A stretch of DNA of 64,000 nt, taken from IMG/VR virus record IMGVR_UViG_3300028195_000003; one strand, given 5' to 3'. Shown piece after piece: positions 44,462 to 54,450 of the stretch. Source of the stretch: an uncultured virus (IMG/VR IMGVR_UViG_3300028195_000003) (lineage: Duplodnaviria; Heunggongvirae; Uroviricota; Caudoviricetes). Numbering within the stretch: position 1 is the stretch's first letter; every line of letters begins with the position of its first letter. Position numbers and translations under genes: made by a program. A model generated the notes under the pieces. The model was not told the origin of the DNA. It did no database searches and saw only the letters and a list, made by a program, of their open reading frames with translations.

Positions 44462-45793
44462 CTAATAGTACCTGACCTGAATCTCTCCGCGCGGAAAGTC
44501 CCAGACATGGCCACAGTCGTGGCATTCCATTCGGACCTCGGAGAGCTCCCAGTCATAAGGATCTCCACCGCTCACGATCACCGACTGGCTCCGACGACCA
44601 TCGGTCACCTCGATGTGAATCCGACGACCGACGTTGGCGAAGGCACCAATCTCGTACGACAGATCGTTGCCGCAGTTGGGACAGGCCAGCACGGGCGGGT
44701 ACCTGTCCTCCCACTGCTCGTCGTCTTCGTCAGCCTCCTCGTCGCCCTCGACGACCTGGCTCGGCTTGCCGAACATGGCGACAGAGAGGGCGAGATCGGT
44801 GCTGGATTTCAACCTGTCAGCGGTGGGCCCATCGATCTCTGCCACCCCCGTCAGGACCCACCCCGAGGCGATGACAGCCAGGTCCCGGATCAGATCGCAG
44901 GTCTCGACATCGTCGAGCCCATCGAACCTCCCGGGCTCATACGAGGCCACGTTGAGGTTTCCCCGGCCCTTGACCTGGGAGATGCTCACCGAAGCGCCCT
45001 CTGGACTGACAGCGCCCTCCGGTGTTGTCACCTGCCAGGTCACCCATGGACGTCCAGCCGGGTCACGCAGAGAGTAGATCTTCGAGTGACCGTCCCGGAC
45101 TTGATCCCAGTATTGCCGACCGCTGACACAGTGGCCCATGACCTTGCCCTCGGCCTCGATACGCTTGCGGGTATCCAGATCTTGCAGTGTCCATCCGCGA
45201 GCCGCGTCCCCCTCCGTGACAGACCCCAGATCGAGCACGACAACACCCGGCCGGGGCATGCCCTTCTCCGCGTTGACCTTCAGCTGCTCGTGCCAGGCAT
45301 GAGCGATGTCGTAGGCCTCTTTCATGTCCATGCGCAAGATGTCGGGTCGCTCATCGAGCTCCACGTACCAGTCGATGATGGTGCGGACGTCCTCGGACAG
45401 ACGGGGAACGAGCTTGACAGCTCCCAGGACGATCTCCCCGTCATCATCCCCGGCCTCGTCCAGCTCGCAGGCCGACTCGAGGAGCTTCCAGCCTCCGGTG
45501 AAGTCGTCCTTCAGATCCCTCACCTCACGCCCGAGCCACGGGATCAACGGCACGATGCGAGGATACTCGTGATCCCAGATCCTGTAGCCGAGGTCGATGA
45601 GCAGCATCTCGGTCACACGCTTGACGCAGCTACCGAACTGGCGCTCGACCCAACCCATCCTGGCCTGTACCCCCCGCAGCTTCCTGGTTCCGGCCTCGGT
45701 CTCGGCGTTCATGTTCACCACCCGGTACAGAGCACCCCTGCGCAGCCCTTCGGGCGCGCACGACAGAGACGAGAGCAGCTGGATGGCGAGCAT
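44462..45793 (-). CDS. PcfJ-like domain protein with C-terminal Zn ribbon (paralog 6)
   Basis: IEAEGKVMGHCVSG..IYSLRDP.G.P.VT..QVKGRGN; CPNC...CHDC. Confidence 0.75.
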   Translation of the reverse strand: MLAIQLLSSLSCAPEGLRRGALYRVVNMNAETEAGTRKLRGVQARMGWVERQFGSCVKRVTEMLLIDLGYRIWDHEYPRIVPLIPWLGREVRDLKDDFTGGWKLLESACELDEAGDDDGEIVLGAVKLVPRLSEDVRTIIDWYVELDERPDILRMDMKEAYDIAHAWHEQLKVNAEKGMPRPGVVVLDLGSVTEGDAARGWTLQDLDTRKRIEAEGKVMGHCVSGRQYWDQVRDGHSKIYSLRDPAGRPWVTWQVTTPEGAVSPEGASVSISQVKGRGNLNVASYEPGRFDGLDDVETCDLIRDLAVIASGWVLTGVAEIDGPTADRLKSSTDLALSVAMFGKPSQVVEGDEEADEDDEQWEDRYPPVLACPNCGNDLSYEIGAFANVGRRIHIEVTDGRRSQSVIVSGGDPYDWELSEVRMECHDCGHVWDFPRGEIQVRYY

Positions 45794-45852
45794 GCCCAGA
45801 GCATATCATGGACCCTCTCCGGGGTCCTTCCCAAGAAAAACAACGAAGCCGC

Positions 45853-45881
45853 TTGACACTGTTGGTGGAGCCTTGTAAGTT
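45853..45881 (+). promoter_or_regulatory. sigma70 promoter
   Basis: TTGACA-17bp-TAAGTT. Confidence 0.75.
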
Positions 45882-46147
45882 CGTGTCCGAGACGGTCGGA
45901 GCTTCGCGTCGCTCCAGGAACAACCATTCTTCAGGTGAATACCCAACCGCGACGCTCCCTCGCCCAGCCGTCACCCCTTCTTTGAATCGTCACCACTTCG
46001 CAGATCCATTCCCGGCCCCCATGGCTGGGCATCATCGAAGTAACCACAGTCTTCCCCCCCAGGAAGAAGCCGGTCACGGCCGGCGAGCGAGCTTCGGCTT
46101 CGACTCGCCGGCCACACCGACCGCCTTCCATGGGGAGAGCACGCCAT

Positions 46148-46281
46148 GGAGATCGAGAACTCAGTCGGTGTTTCAGAATGAATAGCTCAGTTGGTCAGAG
46201 CACCAGCCATCCAAGCTGGAGGTCGCGGGATCGTATCCCGTTTCACTCACCAAAACGCCCCGGCACCCAAACTCGATCTCC
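46148..46281 (+). ncRNA. Y-RNA-like RNA 1: tRNA-like domain (46176-46252) inside a long stem
   Basis: GGAGATCGAG/CTCGATCTCC, GTCGG/CCGGC and TGTTT/AAACG enclose a cloverleaf with loop CATCCAA and an aberrant T-loop ATCGTAT. Confidence 0.65.
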
Positions 46282-46441
46282 TGACGTGCATCGTCCACTC
46301 ACCCCCGGGCACAGGGCCCCGTTCTCCATCGGAACGACCCACAGCGCCTGGGGGTGCTGGGTTCAGCCCAATCCCCGACCCCCGTGGCCGGGTATCATCG
46401 AAGGGGTTCAGCCCAACATCCCGCAGCGTCCACATTTTCTC

Positions 46442-46470
46442 TTGACGTGATCCTTCCCCCTTGCTACTCC
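46442..46470 (+). promoter_or_regulatory. possible sigma70 promoter
   Basis: TTGACG-17bp-(TGC)TACTCC. Confidence 0.5.
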
Positions 46471-46502
46471 TGGTAGCGAACGAATCACCGGAAGAAACGT
46501 CA

Positions 46503-46661
46503 TCGGAGACACAGTCAGGAGCCGAGAGCTACATCGAGGATTCAGAAAGATAGCTCAGAGTAGAGCGTCCCGTTCACACCGGGAAGGCCTCGGGGGTCAC
46601 TCCCCGATCTTCAACCCAACCCCTCGATTCCCCACCTCGGCTTCTCACTGCGCCTCTCCGA
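46503..46661 (+). ncRNA. Y-RNA-like RNA 2: degenerate tRNA-like domain inside a long stem
   Basis: TCGGAGA/TCTCCGA, AGGAGCCGAG/CTCGGCTTCT and ATCGAGG/CCTCGAT enclose TAGCTCAGAGTAGAGC-TCCCG-TTCACAC-CGGGA and a T-like arm. Confidence 0.65.
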
Positions 46662-46679
46662 ATAGAGACGGAGGACGCC

Positions 46680-48398
46680 ATGAATGAAGACACCCAGCTG
46701 TCCACGCTGTCCCTGGGCCTGCTGAGCCTGCCCCTGGCTGATGTGCCCAGGGCCATCGCCCGCGGTGAGACCAACGGTAACGCCGTCGAGGCCGGCCTGG
46801 TCCTGATGTCCTGGTTGGACCTGGTGAGCACCGGCACCGGACGAGCCACCGCCTACAACACCAAGCAAGAGCAGCAGGCCGCCGAGGACGCCATCCACGA
46901 GCGTGCCTTCGCGGTGGACCGCCGCATCTATGCCGCCATGGCCTCCATGCCCGGTGCCCTGGACCGTGCCAAGGCCCAGGTCCTGCTGCGGCTGCTCTCC
47001 ACGCCCATCGGACAAGCTGTCCAGACGGTCGTCAACCCGGACGAGTGGCGTGCCATCAGCAAGCTCGTCAGCCAGCTGCCGCCCCAGCGCATGTTCAAGC
47101 TGTTCGACCAGCTGCGAAAGGACCGGGTCAACAACGCCCGGACCCGCAAGGTCATCCTCTCGGCCATCCTGGACTCCACCAAGTTGCACTGGTGGGCCGT
47201 CAAGTACCGCGCCAAGCTCAAGAACGCCCTGCGCCACGCCCTGGGAAACCGGGAGTTCGGTGTCATCTGTAGCTCCGCCGCCATCTGGCTCGACAAGGTC
47301 GCTGCTCCGGACGAGCACACATTCGATCCCCGCGAGCGGGCCTTCATCGACCTGATGTGCAAGCTGGCCCCCGCCAGCCCCGACGTCCCCAGCGCCAACG
47401 AAGAGGGCTGGAAGACCGAGCGCATCGCCGAGGCCCTGTGCTTCATCTCTGGCCGTGACCCGGGCCGCTGGCAGTGGACGAGCAACCTGTTCCGCGCCTT
47501 CCATCTGGCCAAGCTCGATCTCGACAAGGGTGCCTCGCTGCCCACCGAGGTGCTCGAGGGCATCCGCAGCCAGCACCACCCCGATGTCCCCAAGGAGAAG
47601 ATCCTCGAGCTGACCTCCCGGACCGACAGCAAGGGCCGGAGCAAGGGCGGCATGACCCAGCGCCAGAGAGGCCAGGTCCAGAAGCGGGCCAAGGCCGCCG
47701 GCATCACCGTCGACTTCGACCCGATGAAGCTCGGCCAGGTCCAGCTATGGATCCACGCCTTCGAGGTGGGCATGGACACGCGCATCGCCATGGCCCTGCA
47801 GCGCAAGGCCCGCTCCGCAGCCGAGCTGCTCGGCATGAGCTACGACAAGGTTCACGTCATCGTGGACTGCTCGAACTCCATGGCCGGCTCCGAGGAGCAG
47901 AAGCTGCGCCCCATGGCCACCGCCCTGGCCATGCGCGACACCCTGCTGGCCACCGCCACCAAGTCGGCGAGCGTCACCTACTGTGGCGGAGTCATGGACC
48001 AGGCCACCGTCGGCATGCCGGACGCCATCGACATCGAGATGGTGCGCCCCCGCGGCGATAGCTCCCTGGCGATGCCCCTGGTGCGCGCCCTGGGTGATGA
48101 GCCCGACGTGGTCTTCATCATCTCCGACGGCTACGAGAACGCCCCCGCGGGCCGCGTGGCCGAGGTGATGGGCCAGGTCCGCGAGATGGGCATCGACACC
48201 CCTGTCTTCCAGTTCTGCCCCGTCATGGCCGGCGAGAAGAGCAGCGTCCGTGAGCTCGCCCCGGGCCACACCACCACCATGCCGGTCTCCGACCCCGCCG
48301 CCCTGGGCCTGTCCCTGGTCCGCGGACTGCTGGAGAGCGACCCCGCACAGGGCCTGGCGCTGCTGACGCAGAAGGCCGTGGCCATGCTGGAGGGATGA
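46680..48398 (+). CDS. Ro60/TROVE-like protein (helical N-terminal region plus vWA domain)
   Basis: VIVDCSNSM (MIDAS DxSxS) and FIISDGYEN in the C-terminal ~200 aa; size 572 aa; GGAGG RBS. vWA call is firm; TROVE call is inferred. Confidence 0.65.
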   Translation: MNEDTQLSTLSLGLLSLPLADVPRAIARGETNGNAVEAGLVLMSWLDLVSTGTGRATAYNTKQEQQAAEDAIHERAFAVDRRIYAAMASMPGALDRAKAQVLLRLLSTPIGQAVQTVVNPDEWRAISKLVSQLPPQRMFKLFDQLRKDRVNNARTRKVILSAILDSTKLHWWAVKYRAKLKNALRHALGNREFGVICSSAAIWLDKVAAPDEHTFDPRERAFIDLMCKLAPASPDVPSANEEGWKTERIAEALCFISGRDPGRWQWTSNLFRAFHLAKLDLDKGASLPTEVLEGIRSQHHPDVPKEKILELTSRTDSKGRSKGGMTQRQRGQVQKRAKAAGITVDFDPMKLGQVQLWIHAFEVGMDTRIAMALQRKARSAAELLGMSYDKVHVIVDCSNSMAGSEEQKLRPMATALAMRDTLLATATKSASVTYCGGVMDQATVGMPDAIDIEMVRPRGDSSLAMPLVRALGDEPDVVFIISDGYENAPAGRVAEVMGQVREMGIDTPVFQFCPVMAGEKSSVRELAPGHTTTMPVSDPAALGLSLVRGLLESDPAQGLALLTQKAVAMLEG

Positions 48399-48402
48399 GA
48401 CC

Positions 48403-48912
48403 ATGGGAACCAGCTACTCCGCCCGCACCTGGCTGCTGATACCCATCGAGCCGTCCGAGCTGCTGATCATGGGCTCGGTCCTCGAGACCATCTGCGACCA
48501 CCCCGAGATGACTATCGGCATGCGCTTCTGTCCGGTGTGCGCGACCCCTGCGGACAATCGGACCGAAGAGAAGCAGGTCATCCGCATCCGGCCCGATCAC
48601 ATCTACTCCAGCCGGGTCGACGACAGCGAATACGAAACCGTCGATGGTGCCGTCTCGGACATCATCAACAGCGAATACAAGTACGGAAGAGAAGGCGCCG
48701 TCATCACCCGGGCAGAGTCACACCCCGAATACGACAGCGACGAGCTGTTCCTCGGGATTGAGATCTCCGGCACCGACTACGACAACCTCACCGTGGACGT
48801 CTCTGTCCAGCGAATCACGGACAAGACACTGGCGCTGATGCGCACCGCCCAGAAGATGGGCCTGCCAGACGACCGACCCATCATCCACCGCACCCTGCTC
48901 GAGTATGGATAG
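48403..48912 (+). CDS. hypothetical protein with CxxC
   Basis: RFCPVCATP; in operon. Confidence 0.6.
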   Translation: MGTSYSARTWLLIPIEPSELLIMGSVLETICDHPEMTIGMRFCPVCATPADNRTEEKQVIRIRPDHIYSSRVDDSEYETVDGAVSDIINSEYKYGREGAVITRAESHPEYDSDELFLGIEISGTDYDNLTVDVSVQRITDKTLALMRTAQKMGLPDDRPIIHRTLLEYG

Positions 48913-48927
48913 ACGAGGAAGAACACC

Positions 48928-49962
48928 ATGAACACCATCACCGCCCGTGACGCCCTGCGCGGATGCCGCGCTGGCCGCATGCAGTCCGTTGGACTGATGC
49001 AGGTCGTGCCCCTGATCCTCACCGACCCCGGTGTCGAGGACGACCGCTTCCAGATCCCTACCGAGGCCTTCGTCGGAACCGCCGACTACGGCACCATCAT
49101 GGTGGAGAACAGGAGCGACAAGCCCATCATCATCCCGGCGCACGCCGCCTACATGACCAAGCAGCACACCCAGGACCACGCCATGATGGGCGCGGGCCTG
49201 GTGGCCAAGCGCAGCCGGCACGACTTCCGCAACGCCGTCTGCATCGAGTCCTCCCAGCCCAACACCATCCAGCTGGGCCAGCACCGGCTCGCCATCCTTC
49301 CGCTGGGTCTGCGCGAGGTGGCGACCAACAAGCGCCAAGACACCGGCCATGAAGGCTACAGCCGCATGTGGAGCTCCATCGGCACCTACAACTCCTCCGT
49401 CGGTATCCCCGACAACGGGCACATGCGTCGCTTCTACGAGTCCTTCGCCGAGCAGCTGGACAGCTTCGTCGCCCAGTTCGAGCTGGTCCACGACCAGGTC
49501 GGAGCCATCATCCTGCTGGACGGCGTGGTGGTCGGCCTCGAGCGGGCCCCGTCCCGGGCCTGGTGGAGTGCGGTGTGGGAGCCCCTGATCCGCAGCTGCT
49601 ACGGTGCCCAGGCTGTCTCCCTGGCCAAGAAGAACGAGATGACCGTCGGACGCGTCCCGGCCACCCGCATCCCGCTGTTCGACGAGGCGACCAGCCTCGA
49701 AGACCTCGAGAGCCTGCTGGCCGTGGTCGAGGACCAGGAGCAAGAGCGCGCCAAGAGCCTGGTGCGCGACATGGTGGCCATCCCCATGGACGTGGCCAAC
49801 GACCAGGTCATGACCCCGTTCCACCTGGACACTGTCACCTGCGACCAGTGGACCGGACAGATCGTGCGAGACGGCGACGCTGTCATGTACGCCTCCATGG
49901 TCGTGACCTCGGGCTGGGAGAACCGCCGAGCCTTCCACGAAGCGGCTGAGTTCGAGGTGTAG
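48928..49962 (+). CDS. ARPP-1/DUF6569-like protein
   Basis: GRMQSVGLMQVVPL, YG.I.V.N, QDHAM, CIE..Q, F..QFE....Q.GA..L recalled as ARPP-like; not searched. Confidence 0.5.
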   Translation: MNTITARDALRGCRAGRMQSVGLMQVVPLILTDPGVEDDRFQIPTEAFVGTADYGTIMVENRSDKPIIIPAHAAYMTKQHTQDHAMMGAGLVAKRSRHDFRNAVCIESSQPNTIQLGQHRLAILPLGLREVATNKRQDTGHEGYSRMWSSIGTYNSSVGIPDNGHMRRFYESFAEQLDSFVAQFELVHDQVGAIILLDGVVVGLERAPSRAWWSAVWEPLIRSCYGAQAVSLAKKNEMTVGRVPATRIPLFDEATSLEDLESLLAVVEDQEQERAKSLVRDMVAIPMDVANDQVMTPFHLDTVTCDQWTGQIVRDGDAVMYASMVVTSGWENRRAFHEAAEFEV

Positions 49963-49963
49963 C

Positions 49964-50599
49964 GTGGCAGACGACAAGAAAAAAGGAAAGGTCTTCCACA
50001 GCACCCCGATGCCCAAGCGTCAGGCCCCACGCAGCGCTGTCCCACAGATGCCGAGCAGCTTCGATGACACCGTCGGATCGGCCATCTTCGACCAGGAGCG
50101 CAGCTGGCTGCGGGCCGAGAAGGACAAGGACAGTCCCACCCACGTCGTCATCAAGCTGGGAATGGCGCTGCCCTCCATCGTCGAGGGCAGCATCCCCGGC
50201 CCCCTGAAGCACTGGATGATATGCAACCCTGACGGCGTCGAGGGGCGCCAGGCCCTGGAATGGATCATCAGGGCCGCCGAGGCCGCAGATAGCTACGGCA
50301 AGCTGCTGCACGGACGCTTCGAGGGAGACCTCGAGAGCGTCCTCATGCCCAAGCCACTGTCCAACCGCATCGACGCTTCGGTGCTCGACGGCTTCGCACA
50401 GGGCATCTCCCTGAGCGCGGACATCAGCGAAAAGCCCGTCATCGCCGAGCTCACGGTTCACTTCCGGCACATCTCCGGGCTGTGCGATGAGCGCCCCCTA
50501 TCGGTGAAGGGGGCAGCAGTGCTGAACTGGATCTTCCGCATCCTCTCCCTGATGCTGGAGGTGACCGCCGAAGCCACCCGTGGAGACCTTGGAAGCTGA
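49964..50599 (+). CDS. hypothetical protein
   Basis: ORF directly after the previous stop. Confidence 0.55.
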   Translation: MADDKKKGKVFHSTPMPKRQAPRSAVPQMPSSFDDTVGSAIFDQERSWLRAEKDKDSPTHVVIKLGMALPSIVEGSIPGPLKHWMICNPDGVEGRQALEWIIRAAEAADSYGKLLHGRFEGDLESVLMPKPLSNRIDASVLDGFAQGISLSADISEKPVIAELTVHFRHISGLCDERPLSVKGAAVLNWIFRILSLMLEVTAEATRGDLGS

Positions 50600-50896
50600 C
50601 ATGGGCATGGCCAATGTACCCAGACCCCTGCGATGGGACGAGGAGCACCTCGCCGAGGTGGGCATGATGTCCGTCAGCTATCACGGGCCCACCTCCGCCG
50701 GCTTCGACCGTATCGGGAGCGCTCCCTCGTTGTGGGTATGCAAGCACTGCCGGATGGGCCGAAGCTTGTGCCGGTGCAGCTGGCGGACCGATGGCCGCGG
50801 TGGTGAGGACTCGGACAGCCACGATAAACCAAAACGCTCCAAGCGCACCTGGCCCGGCCAGGGCGACGACCGGGCACGACGACACGGAGATAGACG

Positions 50897-51808
50897 ATGA
50901 CGCGACGCGACCACGAGGACCTCGGAGATGCGGAGCTGTCCCCAGAGGACGAAGCTCGCGCTGAAGACGCCATCCAGCAGGCCGAGCTCGACCTGAAAGG
51001 GCTCCGACCGCCCCCCTCGGTTCCTCCCTGCCCCGAGGGGCTCGAACCACCCTGGGTGATCGTCGACCACGGTGACGGCTACGCCGACATCCTGCCCGCC
51101 ATGCGACCAGGGACGGTCTTTGCGAGCCTCCCCATGGGGCTGGCCGGGGTGTTGATGGACGCGCTGAACCAGGACCGTCCCGATGTGGGCATGGTCGTGA
51201 CCCTCGAGCTGTGGAAGCTCCAGAGCCAGCTCCAGGGCATGAAGCACGACGCCGAGGTGGCTGGAGCGATCTCCGCGCTCGCCGGTCTCGAGGTCCCCAG
51301 CGAGAACATGTACTCTGTCGCGTTCACCTCCGCGTGGGCGAGAGGAGACGCCCAGGCGAACGCATGGATCCAAGAGGGAGAGACCCCCATCAGCCCCGAG
51401 ATCGCCGAGCTCGTCGACGGCTACTACCCATCCGGCTACGTGCGCATCGCCTCGGAGCGCAGACGCCACTTCTCGGTAGAGGGATGGACCCCGGAACACG
51501 ACGCGGAGCACACCGGAGGCGAGCTGGCCATGGCCGCGGCCTCCTACGCATCGCCACTGCAGACCTTCTGGCGCGGCTGGAAGAGCGGCCTGAAGCACTT
51601 CTTCGACCTGTGGCCGAGCTGGTGGGACGCGAAGTGGGACAAGCGACTGCCCAAGCCCAGGCGCCCAGAGCAGGTCTCCTACAGCCTCTCAGCCATCCCA
51701 GACCGCCAGCGCGAGCTCGAGAAGGCCGGCGCCCTGTGTGCCGCCGAGATCGACCGGCTCGAGGCCCTGAAGCAACGCATGGAGCGGGATCTCGAGAAGC
51801 TCGCATGA
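50897..51808 (+). CDS. phage-type protein
   Basis: ERRR...EGWT.EHD.....GELA.AA..YA...WP..W...L.KAGAL..AEIDRL motif common in phage proteins. Confidence 0.7.
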   Translation: MTRRDHEDLGDAELSPEDEARAEDAIQQAELDLKGLRPPPSVPPCPEGLEPPWVIVDHGDGYADILPAMRPGTVFASLPMGLAGVLMDALNQDRPDVGMVVTLELWKLQSQLQGMKHDAEVAGAISALAGLEVPSENMYSVAFTSAWARGDAQANAWIQEGETPISPEIAELVDGYYPSGYVRIASERRRHFSVEGWTPEHDAEHTGGELAMAAASYASPLQTFWRGWKSGLKHFFDLWPSWWDAKWDKRLPKPRRPEQVSYSLSAIPDRQRELEKAGALCAAEIDRLEALKQRMERDLEKLA

Positions 51809-52055
51809 CGGGCAGCCGAAGAGGTGCCGCCCGGAAGATCGCCAACGGACTGCTGCGTGGGGTGAGCCCTGTCTGGATCATGATCGATCTCCAGCACCAG
51901 AGCACCCGGCGCACGTACCTGAACATCGCCTTCATCCGCATGGCCAAGGCCATCGGACCCGCCGATGGGGCGCACGTCGCACGGGGCAAGCGCTGGAGCC
52001 ACAGGGCCTGGAAGATCCTCCGGATCGACAAAACCGTCTACGAGGGGAGGAAAGG

Positions 52056-52916
52056 ATGAAGCTGACTGCAAGGGTCCTGTTCGACGGCGGAGGAGGATCC
52101 TCCGTCGGCATGAAGAACGCCGGCTTCGAGCTGCTGTCCTGCTACGAGCTCGAGCCCTTCGCGGTGGAGATCTCGAAGAACAACGGGCACCCGGCCCTCG
52201 TCCAAGACCTCAAGCTCCCCATCGGAGGAGACCTGTCCTGCGACGCGGTCTGGGCCTCCCCGGAGTGCCAGCCCTACTCGAGGGCCGGCAAGCGCAAGGC
52301 AGAGAACGATCCCCGCAACCTCTGGCCTGCCACGTGGGAGAGGGTCGACGAGATCCGGCCCACATGGCTGATGGCAGAGAACGTCGACACCCTGGCCAAA
52401 GAGTACGGCTACTGGCAGGAGATCCTCGCCGAAGCCCGCTCGAGGTACGCGTCGGTCCAGTGGATGATCATGGACGCCGCACAGATGGGCCTGGCCCAGG
52501 ACAGAAAGCGCGTCATCCTGGTCTGCGGTCCGTGCCCCATCATCTGGCCAGAAGCCCGCCAGGAACGCGTCCCGGCCTCCACCGTGCTCGGAGAGGGGTG
52601 GGTCCGGTCAGAACACAAGGGCGCCACCGGCAGGCCGACATCGAGGCCCACCCCCACCGTGAGCACGAAGGGCAACCTGTACTTCTGGACCATCGACCCG
52701 GGCCCACGCAAGCCCAAGGACACCTGCCGGGTGCCCGAGGCCCGTAGAGTCACCTGGGCTGAGTTCGCCAAGCTCCAGGGCTTCCCCGACGACTACCGCT
52801 TCGGAGCCAAGAGTGGCGAGAACTACTACGTCATCGGCAACGCCGTCCCCCCGATAATGGCAGAGCTCGTCGGGCAGGCTGTGATCGAGGCTGACAAGCA
52901 GTGGAGGCAGAGATGA
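52056..52916 (+). CDS. DNA cytosine-C5 methyltransferase
   Basis: LF.G.GG, SPECQPYS, ENV, Q.R.RV, LQGFPD, IGNAVPP. Confidence 0.9.
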   Translation: MKLTARVLFDGGGGSSVGMKNAGFELLSCYELEPFAVEISKNNGHPALVQDLKLPIGGDLSCDAVWASPECQPYSRAGKRKAENDPRNLWPATWERVDEIRPTWLMAENVDTLAKEYGYWQEILAEARSRYASVQWMIMDAAQMGLAQDRKRVILVCGPCPIIWPEARQERVPASTVLGEGWVRSEHKGATGRPTSRPTPTVSTKGNLYFWTIDPGPRKPKDTCRVPEARRVTWAEFAKLQGFPDDYRFGAKSGENYYVIGNAVPPIMAELVGQAVIEADKQWRQR

Positions 52917-53503
52917 GCGTCAAGCTGAAGAAGATGGGTCCACCGACCCGTAAGGGCACCGGAGCGGAGCAGGTCTTGACCTACGAGGTCTCCTACACCG
53001 GACGACGTCGTGGAGAGGCCACAACCGTCACGGCAGACGTCGAGGTCGAGCTCCATCCCTTCTACGTGGAACCAGATGAGCGTTGCCGTGTGAGGCTCAT
53101 CATCGACTTCCCCAGGGCATCCACCGTTCCTGGCGCGCTGGAGGAGCTGTACCGCATCCTCGGCTGCATCACCAAGGGCTTCGAGGAAGACAGAAGCCGC
53201 GACGCACGCTGTGGCACAACTGTCCCTCTCTCCTTCCGCATCGAACCTCCCGAGCCCACAGGGCCCGTGGAGTGTTGCCGCCTGGTCTCGCCCAAGGACG
53301 ACCGTGACTTCTGCGAGCGGCCCATGGGTCACGACGGTAGACACTACACCTCGGGCATGCACGGCTCGAGGTGCTGGTTCGAGGACGACGGCGACGTGAG
53401 CTACGAGTTCGACGATGGGTATGTCCTCGAAGACTGGATCGATCCGGAGACACTCCCGGAAGACCAGCGCAAGGCACGCTTCCCGTGGCACGAAGAAGAA
53501 TGA
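52913..53503 (+). CDS. hypothetical protein
   Basis: ATGA overlap with the methyltransferase stop. Confidence 0.55.
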   Translation: MSVKLKKMGPPTRKGTGAEQVLTYEVSYTGRRRGEATTVTADVEVELHPFYVEPDERCRVRLIIDFPRASTVPGALEELYRILGCITKGFEEDRSRDARCGTTVPLSFRIEPPEPTGPVECCRLVSPKDDRDFCERPMGHDGRHYTSGMHGSRCWFEDDGDVSYEFDDGYVLEDWIDPETLPEDQRKARFPWHEEE

Positions 53504-53886
53504 TGCTGGACAGAGACGATCTGGTCCCCTACATCGACGCCTTGTACGCCCGGCTGTCACGCTACCCGCTCGATGGCGTGAGCTTCGTCCGAAAGGACGA
53601 GTACACTATCCTGACGAACCTGGACGATGCCAAGCGGGCCCCCACCAGGGAGACCTGGGGCGAGATCATCATCGACCTTCAGCGCTCCTTGGACGGTGAG
53701 ATCGGCATCGTCACCCGCATCTGCGGTGGCAACCAACTCCCAGAATCACAAGGCACGGTCTCCGTTCGAGATCTGGATACGAACCTGGCCTGGTGTGAGT
53801 CCGTCATTCGACTGATCGAGGCCTTGCGCCTCGCCGTCAACGTGAGCAAGATGGTTCAGCGAGAGCTGACCCAGGAGACCCCATGA
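53500..53886 (+). CDS. hypothetical protein
   Basis: Coupled ORF beginning MMLDRDD. Confidence 0.5.
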   Translation: MMLDRDDLVPYIDALYARLSRYPLDGVSFVRKDEYTILTNLDDAKRAPTRETWGEIIIDLQRSLDGEIGIVTRICGGNQLPESQGTVSVRDLDTNLAWCESVIRLIEALRLAVNVSKMVQRELTQETP

Positions 53887-54230
53887 GCGATGAACTGATG
53901 AAGCCAGGAGACATGGACACCATCCAAGCTGCCGACTTCGCCGCGGCGGAGGCCAGTCAGACGATCATGGAGGATCCGAACAGGTACGTCGAGCTGATGG
54001 ACGGCTCGGAGTACGAGATCGGTCCCGACCCCGATGACGAGAACTACTGGATCATGAGAGCCAGGGTCCCCGTCATGCCCGGCGCCGGAAACTTCCTGCC
54101 GACCTACAGCGGGAAAGGCCCAGAAGCTCTCACGCGCTTCGCCGGGTTCTGCCGCGGCATCGCTATCGGAGAAGAGCGCGGAGCTGCCATGGGAAACGCC
54201 ATGAGGCAGGAAACGGGAGAGGACAACTAG
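53883..54230 (+). CDS. hypothetical protein
   Basis: AGGAG RBS; ATGA overlap. Confidence 0.55.
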   Translation: MSDELMKPGDMDTIQAADFAAAEASQTIMEDPNRYVELMDGSEYEIGPDPDDENYWIMRARVPVMPGAGNFLPTYSGKGPEALTRFAGFCRGIAIGEERGAAMGNAMRQETGEDN

Positions 54231-54450
54231 CGCTGTCGCTGGCCACCACTCCGACCGTACACGGGCTTCAGCACGTGACGCGCCCTACGACGCCTCGGAT
54301 CTTCACGCTTGGCGCCTGAGACGAGCTCGAGATGAGACTTCATCAGCTCCAGGCTATCCGCGACAGAGTCACCACCTGGCCGCAGTTTCCGCTCGGTGTA
54401 GACGTCCATGCTCTCGTCTCCTTTCGAGTCGAGAGATGATGGTAGCAGAC

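Noticed and set aside
46176..46252. Functional tRNA-Gly(TCC)
   Set aside because: A33, T-loop ATCGTAT, A73 and an acceptor mismatch; it is embedded in a longer stem, and a normal Gly(TCC) exists at 32107
44049..46432. 14-bp match TCCCGCAGCGTCCA at 44049 and 46419
   Set aside because: Short GC-rich match with no shared context; could be chance
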